Shown: positions 1 through 9,584 of the stretch, piece by piece
Layout: each line of letters opens with the position of its first letter
Position numbering within the stretch: the stretch's first letter is position 1
NCBI GenBank assembly: GCA_040260805.1
Contig: JBDQPD010000022.1
Span: forward strand, 1-39,207
Origin: Myxococcota bacterium
Lineage (GTDB): Bacteria; Myxococcota; UBA4151
DNA: 39,207 bases
Direction of reading: 5' to 3'
Position numbers and translations under genes: made by a program
The notes under the pieces: model-generated
The model's database searches: none
Seen by the model: the letters and a program-made list of their open reading frames with translations, nothing else
What the model was told of the DNA's origin: nothing

Positions 1-1220
<1,220 letters not shown>

Positions 1221-1221
<1 letters not shown>

Positions 1222-1880
1222 TACTGACCTCCCTTGATCAAGTAGATCCACACTGGAATCGAGATAAACCCGAGGGTTAGAATGGCGCTCAAAGCCATCC
1301 CCGCTTTCTCGAGTAAGGGAGAGTATTTCGCGTGACCCAAGCCCAGCGATCGAAAGGAGCTTTGGAAGCCATGCCAAAGGTGCCAGCCCACAAAGGCAGA
1401 ACCCACGGCATAAAGCGCGGCTTTCCAGCCGACGCCCAGCACCACATGGATGTGATCGTACAAGCTCTCGTAGGACCCGCGCACCGCGCGCATGTCTGCG
1501 ATGTGCACGACGATGAAGATCAAGACGACCACGCCGCTCACGCCCATATAGGTGCTGACGAGCGCCCGTCCTAGGGTGCCGCGCTGTTTCGACGCTTTAA
1601 CTTTGTACTCTTTGCCGCGCGCTGCCCGATTGAGACGGGTCAGATTAAAGACCAGCGCGATGTGAAGTAAGAAGCAGAGCATGAGCCCCACTTCGATCAG
1701 CGGAAATCCGGGGATCTCATGCAATAAGTGGGCATAGTCATTCATCGCCTCTTCGCTACGATAGAGGTTCAGATTGCCCAATAAGTGCATCACCAGAAAT
1801 CCGACCAACCCTAGCCCAGTCAAGGCGGTGAGCACCTTTTGACCGATGGGATTGGCGAACGTTCGTAGAAGCCAGGACAC
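1221..1880 (-). CDS. sdhC: Succinate dehydrogenase cytochrome b558 subunit
   Basis: [25 protein letters not shown], His residues in the TM helices, [14 protein letters not shown], five hydrophobic segments. GTG start with AAGGA RBS, coupled to sdhA. Confidence 0.93.
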
Positions 1881-1939
1881 GGTGGGTTCCTTTCAGCACA
1901 GAGTTTCAGCAGAGGCTCTGCGCACCTATGCACTACCCC

Positions 1940-3040
<1,101 letters not shown>

Positions 3041-3053
3041 CTAGGGTACCCCT

Positions 3054-3680
3054 ATGATGAAGCTTGGCGCAGAAAAATCGATGCGGCTAATCGTTGCCCA
3101 ACTCAGCACCGCCGAGGGGCTTCGAGCCGTAGTCAGTCGAATCTCTGGGTTGTGCTTTGAGCCGGGCGCTACGCTTGATTCGCTCAAGCTTCAAAACAAG
3201 GCGAGGCGGGCCGATGCGGAGACTCTGAGCGCCTACTTCTTGCCCGCGGCAGCCGCCTTCGTGACGTCTATATTAAGCCTGGAACCAGGCGGTATCTTAG
3301 CCAAGGTCACCGCTGACTTGCTCGCCGTCGCCATCTTACCAACATTACTCGCCTTGCTGCTGCCTGCCTTGAATCTGTTGTTTGATATCGACGCGACCGA
3401 GAACCGGTACCAATGGCGAACCTTTGTGGCTCATGTCCTGATCCCCGCCCTGGTCGGAACCGCAGCAGCTCGCTTTCTTGATCCCTTTTCGGGCTTTGCC
3501 AGTGCGCTCGCTGTCGTGGCAGGCTACCTCGGTTCAGCGCGCATCTATCTCATCTGCTGCGATGACTGGGTCGGAGTACCTGAGCGTCGAGAAATACCGG
3601 CAACGATTGTCTTTACGGTGACCCTGGTGACCTATGGCTTGTTCTCTGCCCTGCTGTTTAACGCTGGCCTGGTCCCGTGA
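3054..3680 (+). CDS. Multi-pass membrane protein, possibly Yip1/DUF1282-like
   Basis: About five hydrophobic segments and a GVPERRE motif before the last helix, loosely Yip1-like. Start uncertain. Confidence 0.5.
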   Translation: MMKLGAEKSMRLIVAQLSTAEGLRAVVSRISGLCFEPGATLDSLKLQNKARRADAETLSAYFLPAAAAFVTSILSLEPGGILAKVTADLLAVAILPTLLALLLPALNLLFDIDATENRYQWRTFVAHVLIPALVGTAAARFLDPFSGFASALAVVAGYLGSARIYLICCDDWVGVPERREIPATIVFTVTLVTYGLFSALLFNAGLVP

Positions 3681-3697
3681 GTTCTGTCTAAAAGGGC

Positions 3698-3726
3698 TTG
3701 CACCGCCGCTGAGGCTTCCTTATAGC
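3698..3726 (+). promoter_or_regulatory. Sigma70-type promoter for the small basic ORF
   Basis: TTGCAC (3698-3703), exactly 17 nt, TATAGC (3721-3726). AGGAGG RBS follows at 3741-3746. Confidence 0.7.
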
Positions 3727-3751
3727 CGCTCCCCGCAAAGAGGAGGTCATC

Positions 3752-3892
3752 ATGGCCAGCAACACGCAAACCACTCGTAAGATCCGTGCTGCCAAGAAGG
3801 TCCGTCGTGGCACGCGCCGCAAAGCTGCAGTGCGCAACGCCGGTACCACCAAGAGCTACGAAGAGCTCTTCGGCGAGCCCAAGGCTAAGTAA
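3752..3892 (+). CDS. 46-aa highly basic small protein MASNTQTTRKIRAAKKVRRGTRRKAAVRNAGTTKSYEELFGEPKAK
   Basis: Below the ORF-track cutoff. AGGAGG lies 5 nt before the ATG, with a promoter upstream and a terminator downstream. All 7 Arg codons are CGT/CGC and 6 of 7 Lys codons are AAG. Confidence 0.8.
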   Translation: MASNTQTTRKIRAAKKVRRGTRRKAAVRNAGTTKSYEELFGEPKAK

Positions 3893-3927
3893 GTCGACGA
3901 TCAAGAGGCGCAGCGAATGCGTCCACT

Positions 3928-3961
3928 GCGGCGAGGCGAGACCTCGCCGCTTCTCGTTTTT
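3928..3961 (+). terminator. Intrinsic terminator
   Basis: GCGGCGAGG-CGAGA-CCTCGCCGC (9-bp stem) followed by TTCTCGTTTTT, between two convergent stop codons. Confidence 0.8.
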
Positions 3962-6775
3962 CTACGGCAGGTCGAGCACTCGAGCGGGACGATACACCTT
4001 GGCTCCATTACCTGTCGGCGAACCATCGCCAATTTGGCCGTATTCATTGTGCCCCCAGCAATACATCTCGTAGTCGCTGTTCAGCGCGCACGAGTGGAAG
4101 GCGCCGACGCTGATCGCAACGGCGCGACCGGGAACCCCATGAATCTCTTGAGGTCTCAGCACGGTGCTGACGCCCTCACCCACGCCGATTTGTCCTTGGG
4201 AGTTGCTGCCCCAGCAAAACACTCGCCCTCGGTCCGTCACCCCGCAGGTGTGCACCGAGCCTGCGCCGAGACTGCGGAACCCTTCGCCTTGTGCGATCCC
4301 TGGCACATTGACTAAGGTCGCGTAATACCGGTCAGTAGTACCGCCGGTTCCGAGTCGACCATGTTGACCATCACCCCAACAGTAGAGCGATTGAGGGTTC
4401 GTGCGTGAGGCGCAAGCATGTTCCAACCCCAAGCCCATCTCATTGACACCTGTGAGCGGAACAGAAGACCGTCCGGACGCAATTCGGACCGACGTAGCAT
4501 AAGCCCCGTAAGAGGCATTGGATGAATTACTTCCTCGCCCGAGCGCACCGTTCAGGTTCCAGCCCCAGCAGTACATGCTACCGCCTGCCGTGTGGCCGCA
4601 GGTAAAGTTTCCGCCGCCTCTCAGACTCACCAGCCCGGCGCGGTAGACGTTTGCAGACGCCTTAACCCGCTCCGATGAGCTGTAGGAGAGGGAATAATCT
4701 GAACCCGAAGTGAGCCCTCGCCCTGTCCTTCCATAGCTGTGATCACCCATACAATAGGTGTATCCGCCGCGTGCGATGCAAATCGTTTGCCCCGACGACA
4801 CCGACTGAGCACCGCTCCCACCGACGGCGACCGGCGTCGAGCGATTGGCTCCACTCATCGCTCGACCCCACCAATAGATCGTGTTGCGGGTCGACCGGAT
4901 CGCAGTCATTCGATCGCTGTAGCCGGCTTGAATCTCCACGATCTGTGAAGGCTGAAAGACATTGAGACGCGTGGGGAAATGACGATGCGTGTTATCGCCT
5001 AAGCCGAGCTCACCGTAGTTATTTTGCCCCCAACAATACACCGACTCATCGGCTCCGATTGCACAGGTATTAAACATCCCAGCGGCGATGAGATTTGGCC
5101 TCACAAGACAGGTATCAGCGCAGTAGTATTCGCCGTCACATTCCTCATAACCGTTATCTTCGGAGCCTAGGCCCGCTCGGGTGATATCATCGCCGCAGCT
5201 CGCATCGGTACAATCATTCGTACACGCGTCTTCCTGAATCAGGTTGCCGTCATCGCACTCTTCGCCGCCCTGACTCTCGTTGACGTGCCCATCGCCGCAC
5301 TGGTTGAAGACGCAGGTGTTGAGGCAACCATCATCTTGCCGTGCGTTGCCGTCGTCACAATCCTCACCAAGCTGTTCGTGGGTTACGCCGTCACCGCAAC
5401 GCGCCGACAAACAGTCGTTTGTGCAGCCGTCCGTGCCAATGCCGTTTCCATCATCACACTCCTCAGCGCCTACGCGGACATAGCTATCTCCACATCTTGC
5501 GACTTGACACCGGCCGACGCAGCCGTCGCTGTTGTCTAAGTTACCATCGTCACAGGCCTCGTACAGCGGGTGGCGAGGCGAGCGATCGCGTCGCTGAACA
5601 CCATCACCGCAGCGAGCATTCTGGCAATCATTCAAACATTCATCCTCGTTGTCGATGTCGCCGTCATCGCATTGCTCTCCGTTGAGACGCTGCACGTGAC
5701 CGTCACCGCAGGATGACAAGCGACAGGTTGTGGTGCAAAGATCAGTCTCGACGTTGTTCGCGTCATCGCAAGCTTCACCTTGACCAGCCTGAACAAAGCC
5801 ATCACCGCAACGAGCGGCTTGACACCTTGAGGTGCACGCGTCGGTGTTGATCTGGTTGCCGTCATCACATGCTTCAAAGCGCTCCCGAATGACGCCATCG
5901 CCGCAACGAGCAAGCTGGCAATTCACGCATGCATCAGTGTCCACCTCATTGCCGTCGTCGCATTGTTCACCGAACCCACGCTGTGCGTGACCATCGCCGC
6001 AGCTCGGCACCTGACAAAGGGTCGTGCAGGCGTCGAGATCACTCTCGTTACCATCATCGCACTCTTCGCCGTTCACGCTCTGCAAAGCTCCGTCGCCGCA
6101 GCGCGCCACTTCACACAGCTCAGTGCACGCATCGGAGTTGATGCTGTTGGAGTCATCACATTCTTCGACGCCCTCCTGCACAAAACCGTCACCGCAACGC
6201 GCAGGCTGACAGGCGATACAAGCGTCGGTTGCGATATCATTGCCGTCATCGCAGCCTTCGCCAGGCTGTACGACGCCGTCGCCACAACGTGTCAGCTGGC
6301 AGCTTGACGAGCAGGCGTCTTCATCGCTGACGTTACCGTCGTCACAAGCCTCGCCAAGACCAATCTGCAAAACCCCATCGCCGCACACCGGAACGGTGCA
6401 CGCATTGGTGCACGTATCATCACCATCCACAATGTTTCCGTCATCGCAGGCTTCAACACCATCGTGCACGACCCCATCACCACATCTCGCTTGCATACAA
6501 TCGTTGCTGCAGGTGTCAGTGTTCGCATCATTTGCGTCATCACACTCTTCACCAGGGTCGACGTTGCCGTCACCGCATTTATCTGGAACGCAAAGCCCCT
6601 TCGCGAGCGCTGAGGCACCCGCGCAACGATACCCCGAATAATCTGCCCCAAACGACTGGCAGTCTTCGGTTTTCACGCACGGAAGCACCACTGACGCTCC
6701 GTCCGAGGGAGAGTCACCGCCACCGCAACCCAGCGCCAAACTTAGGAAACACCCTACCAACACGATCCGAAACAT
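3962..6775 (-). CDS. Lipoprotein with about 15 myxobacterial Cys-rich repeats (DUF4215-like) and a C-terminal RCC1-repeat beta-propeller
   Basis: Lipobox LALGC; repeats CGDG..E.CDDGN..D.C...C; RCC1 blades such as VYCWGQNNYGELG, MYCWGWNLNGALG, LYCWGDGQHGRLG, VFCWGSNSQGQIG, MYCWGHNEYGQIG. Confidence 0.9.
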   Translation of the reverse strand: MFRIVLVGCFLSLALGCGGGDSPSDGASVVLPCVKTEDCQSFGADYSGYRCAGASALAKGLCVPDKCGDGNVDPGEECDDANDANTDTCSNDCMQARCGDGVVHDGVEACDDGNIVDGDDTCTNACTVPVCGDGVLQIGLGEACDDGNVSDEDACSSSCQLTRCGDGVVQPGEGCDDGNDIATDACIACQPARCGDGFVQEGVEECDDSNSINSDACTELCEVARCGDGALQSVNGEECDDGNESDLDACTTLCQVPSCGDGHAQRGFGEQCDDGNEVDTDACVNCQLARCGDGVIRERFEACDDGNQINTDACTSRCQAARCGDGFVQAGQGEACDDANNVETDLCTTTCRLSSCGDGHVQRLNGEQCDDGDIDNEDECLNDCQNARCGDGVQRRDRSPRHPLYEACDDGNLDNSDGCVGRCQVARCGDSYVRVGAEECDDGNGIGTDGCTNDCLSARCGDGVTHEQLGEDCDDGNARQDDGCLNTCVFNQCGDGHVNESQGGEECDDGNLIQEDACTNDCTDASCGDDITRAGLGSEDNGYEECDGEYYCADTCLVRPNLIAAGMFNTCAIGADESVYCWGQNNYGELGLGDNTHRHFPTRLNVFQPSQIVEIQAGYSDRMTAIRSTRNTIYWWGRAMSGANRSTPVAVGGSGAQSVSSGQTICIARGGYTYCMGDHSYGRTGRGLTSGSDYSLSYSSSERVKASANVYRAGLVSLRGGGNFTCGHTAGGSMYCWGWNLNGALGRGSNSSNASYGAYATSVRIASGRSSVPLTGVNEMGLGLEHACASRTNPQSLYCWGDGQHGRLGTGGTTDRYYATLVNVPGIAQGEGFRSLGAGSVHTCGVTDRGRVFCWGSNSQGQIGVGEGVSTVLRPQEIHGVPGRAVAISVGAFHSCALNSDYEMYCWGHNEYGQIGDGSPTGNGAKVYRPARVLDLP
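5102..6580 (-). repeat. Tandem Cys-rich repeat array (about 15 units of 32-42 aa) inside the 937-aa CDS
   Basis: Counted 14 E.CDD[GAS][ND] cores plus a terminal EECDGE. Confidence 0.85.
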
Positions 6776-6794
6776 AGCCGGCCCCTTACATATT

Positions 6795-7418
6795 CTATGG
6801 ACAGTCGCTTGATGCGCCCGAGTTAATCCACTGCCTCAACACTTCAAGCTGCTCAAAACTCAGGTACGGTCCCCCCGTCGGCATGCGCTCGCCTGCACCA
6901 GAGACCAACTGATCTTGGGTTCCGTCCAGCTTATTGATCAGATAACTCATCCGATCGTTTTCAGGCACCACATAGTACATACGCGCTGCGGTCTCGACAT
7001 CGACGATTGAGTCGTACAGGGCTTGCGCACTGCTGTGATCCAATTGGAAACCTCCAGCGCTACCTCCATGACAATAACCGTTGGCACAGCCAGAGAAGAT
7101 TTGGCTTTCCCAAATCGAGCAAATATTAGGCTGCAAACCGGGTTGAGCGCCCGCATCAACCGCAGCGTCGGGTGTCCCTCCTGCGTCGAAAGGCTGTTCG
7201 CCAGCGTCTGCCGGCACACCACCCGCATCAACCAAGGGCAATCCGCTGTCGGCAGGCGCACTGCCTGTATCCGCCGGCTGAATCGCTGCATCCGCCAAGG
7301 GCGTACCCGCATCAGCAATCAATCGAGCATGTCCTGCGTCGACATTGCTTGCTGGGGGCGCTCCACAGCCGAAAGCTAGACTCAAACAACACGCGACTAA
7401 GGTGAGACCATCACGCAT
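6795..7418 (-). CDS. Lipoprotein with DAG-repeat linker and cytochrome c-like domain (CX4CH)
   Basis: Lipobox LAFGC; CANGYCH; SYLINKL...ERMPTGG...LRQWINSGA resembles planctomycete-type cytochrome c domains, with a distal Met candidate. Confidence 0.7.
   Translation of the reverse strand: MRDGLTLVACCLSLAFGCGAPPASNVDAGHARLIADAGTPLADAAIQPADTGSAPADSGLPLVDAGGVPADAGEQPFDAGGTPDAAVDAGAQPGLQPNICSIWESQIFSGCANGYCHGGSAGGFQLDHSSAQALYDSIVDVETAARMYYVVPENDRMSYLINKLDGTQDQLVSGAGERMPTGGPYLSFEQLEVLRQWINSGASSDCP
7149..7316 (-). repeat. Heptad xD[AST][GA]xxx linker repeat (21-nt period, degenerate)
   Basis: ADAGTPL ADAAIQP ADTGSAP ADSGLPL VDAGGVP ADAGEQP FDAGGTP DAAVDAG. Confidence 0.7.
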
Positions 7419-7440
7419 ACATAAGCTCCAATCACAAGAT

Positions 7441-8253
7441 TCACATTATGAGACTTAAGCCCCAAACGACAAGCCCGCCCACAAGTACCGCGGAACCAAC
7501 GAGACCGACGGCCTGCGCTGAGTCCCCATCCTTTTCGTGACGGTCGCGTTCAAAATCCGTGGGCGCTCTCAACTGAGCTTCATAGGCTTCCTGAGCCTGC
7601 GAGAAACCATAGGCTGCAGCGACCACACCCGTCAGCGTACTACCAATACCAATCCACTTTAGCGGTCCGTTACGCTTCAGCCCTGGCTCAGCGACCGAGG
7701 GATGTTTGCCGCCCATCTCTGCTAGAAGTTCATCAACGACTTTAGGTAAACCACTAAGAAGATCACCCTCGTTGTCAAAGACCCCTTCAGCTCGCGCTTT
7801 AGCCTTCGCTTCCTCAACAGCGATCACCTTTAGATTCAGCACAAAGCGTCCGCCGACTAAACCAAGGGTTGGGTTCATCATCAACGGCACGCCGAGTGCG
7901 CCGCCGAGTTCAGCCAGGCATTGTTCATTACCGCAACCGAGCACTTGTTTTTGCTGCTCCATATCCAGCATGGCCCGTATGTCTGAACCCCCAACGACCG
8001 ATTCAAAATAACGGCTTTTATTGAGGCGTGTGAGCAGACTCTCCGTCAGTAGCTTTGCTAGATCAGCAGAAACGCCATTAATCGGCTCTAAATCAAAGAC
8101 AGCGATGCCTTGCAGTTTCGTCTCAGCGGCTGGCGCTGTAGGCTCTGCAGCAAATATGGGCAGACAAAGAATAAAAGAGAGGAAGCCGGCCACAACGGGT
8201 ACCCATACCTTAATGATGGTTACCACCCGGCCAGAAATGTTCGTTTCGGTCAA
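7441..8253 (-). CDS. Exported protein with CsgG/TolB-N-like alpha/beta domain and C-terminal hydrophobic helices
   Basis: Signal or TM segment; IAVFDLEPINGVSADLAKLLTESL...QVLGCGNEQCLAELGGALGV...LGLVGGRFVLNLKVI; two C-terminal Gly-rich hydrophobic segments. Start uncertain; fold is inferred. Confidence 0.55.
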   Translation of the reverse strand: MTETNISGRVVTIIKVWVPVVAGFLSFILCLPIFAAEPTAPAAETKLQGIAVFDLEPINGVSADLAKLLTESLLTRLNKSRYFESVVGGSDIRAMLDMEQQKQVLGCGNEQCLAELGGALGVPLMMNPTLGLVGGRFVLNLKVIAVEEAKAKARAEGVFDNEGDLLSGLPKVVDELLAEMGGKHPSVAEPGLKRNGPLKWIGIGSTLTGVVAAAYGFSQAQEAYEAQLRAPTDFERDRHEKDGDSAQAVGLVGSAVLVGGLVVWGLSLIM

Positions 8254-8265
8254 CAGGCGTTCTGA

Positions 8266-9438
8266 TCAGCGCCGAACAATCCGCTCATGTTCAAGCAGTC
8301 CGTCGGCATCATACATCCGAAAAACCATTTGATCAGGCGATGCTTCCATCAACAAGAACCCTTCAGTTTCTGCCTCCCACGGCACCTCATTATCGCCGTC
8401 ATCCAAGTCCGTAGTTTTGGCGCCAGCGCCGCTGACCAAGAACTGCGTACCGCAACGCTCACCGAGGTCCTGACGGCTGTGGTCATGTCCTGCGAGATAG
8501 ACGTCGACACGATCGCAGATCTCTTCTTCCATGAAGCGCTGCACATAGGTGCCTCTGAAGTAGGTCCAGTTCGGCGTCAAACGCTGGAGAATCTCGGGAA
8601 TCCGCTCGTAGTCTCCAGCGTTTCCATGAGGACCGTTCGAGATGTAAGGATGGTGACCAAAGCCGATGGACCAGCGATCCTGAGGAGCCTCATCAATCCA
8701 TTGGCGCACCTCACGAGCCTGATCGTCGGCGCGGTCAAAGAACATCGCTGTGGTGTTGAGCCCCAAAAGAAATACGGGGTCGAGATCCTGTTGATAATAG
8801 CGGCTAGGCATCACCCATTGAGGATTCTGCCGCCCGTAGGCGATCTGATGATCCGCTTTGAAAATGTCGAGATCTAACCCCAAGCCATCGCCGCCGAGGT
8901 CATGATTGCCCAACACCGCGTAGAACGGAAAGTTGAGGTCATGCGACGCCTGCTGACCATCTGCTGCCGAGCACTCGTGCGCGACGCCGCCATAAGGCAG
9001 CTCGAAGTGTCGTCGCCAAAGCGGGTCATCGATACCGTCCACGCCGCTGTCGTAATGGTTGTCGCCAAGCAGCATCCCAAAATCGCAGCCACCGAGCTCG
9101 GCGCAGACTCGCTCGATCGACTCGGCGACACGGTGCTGATTTCGATTACCCTCACCGACATCACCGATCGCGATGAAGCGCTTAAAGCGAGGTGGTGGTG
9201 CCGGTGGGCCAGCATCAACCTCCGTCTCTGGCCCGGTGTCCGGTACCGAGCCCGAGTCGCTGGGCAGCTGAACGTCTGCGCTTCCCCCGTCAAATACTGA
9301 GGCGGTGTCGGTGAGATTCGACCGCCCTGCGTCAGCCGGGACTACGCTCGATGCATCTCGCCTCGGCACCTGCGAGAGCGGTGGGTCCGAACAGGCTACT
9401 CCAAGCACAAGAACGCAGACGAATACGACACGCATCAT
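8266..9438 (-). CDS. Purple-acid-phosphatase-like metallophosphoesterase lipoprotein
   Basis: All five motif blocks are present: GDVG, GDNHY, GNHD, GHHP, GHDH. Lipobox LGVAC. Start trimmed to ATG 9438 (GGAG RBS). Confidence 0.9.
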   Translation of the reverse strand: MMRVVFVCVLVLGVACSDPPLSQVPRRDASSVVPADAGRSNLTDTASVFDGGSADVQLPSDSGSVPDTGPETEVDAGPPAPPPRFKRFIAIGDVGEGNRNQHRVAESIERVCAELGGCDFGMLLGDNHYDSGVDGIDDPLWRRHFELPYGGVAHECSAADGQQASHDLNFPFYAVLGNHDLGGDGLGLDLDIFKADHQIAYGRQNPQWVMPSRYYQQDLDPVFLLGLNTTAMFFDRADDQAREVRQWIDEAPQDRWSIGFGHHPYISNGPHGNAGDYERIPEILQRLTPNWTYFRGTYVQRFMEEEICDRVDVYLAGHDHSRQDLGERCGTQFLVSGAGAKTTDLDDGDNEVPWEAETEGFLLMEASPDQMVFRMYDADGLLEHERIVRR

Positions 9439-9584
9439 AAATCTCCAACAGCCTGTCATGACGCTTTTGCACTCGTTATGCACCCGAAATAAAGGGGACC
9501 GATCCGCTTTATCATTGCACGCGCCTCGGCTCGGTGGTGAAAGGCTGAGCCTGGCCCCGTAGGGGCCGCACTCAAGGAGACCCC

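Noticed and set aside
3632..4073. ORFs 3632-3904 (-) and 3786-4073 (+)
   Set aside because: Antisense or out-of-frame to the 46-aa gene, which has the RBS, promoter and terminator. The + ORF also runs through the terminator.
5102..6580. Periodic DNA motifs (e.g. CCGTCACCGCA, GTTGCCGTCATCGCA) resembling a CRISPR or other repeat array
   Set aside because: They are degenerate at third codon positions and in frame with the protein repeats. There is no constant repeat with unique spacers and no cas genes.
9515..9546. TTGCAC upstream of pepN as a sigma70 promoter
   Set aside because: The -10 at 17 nt (TGAAAG) is poor, so the call is not supportable without TSS data.
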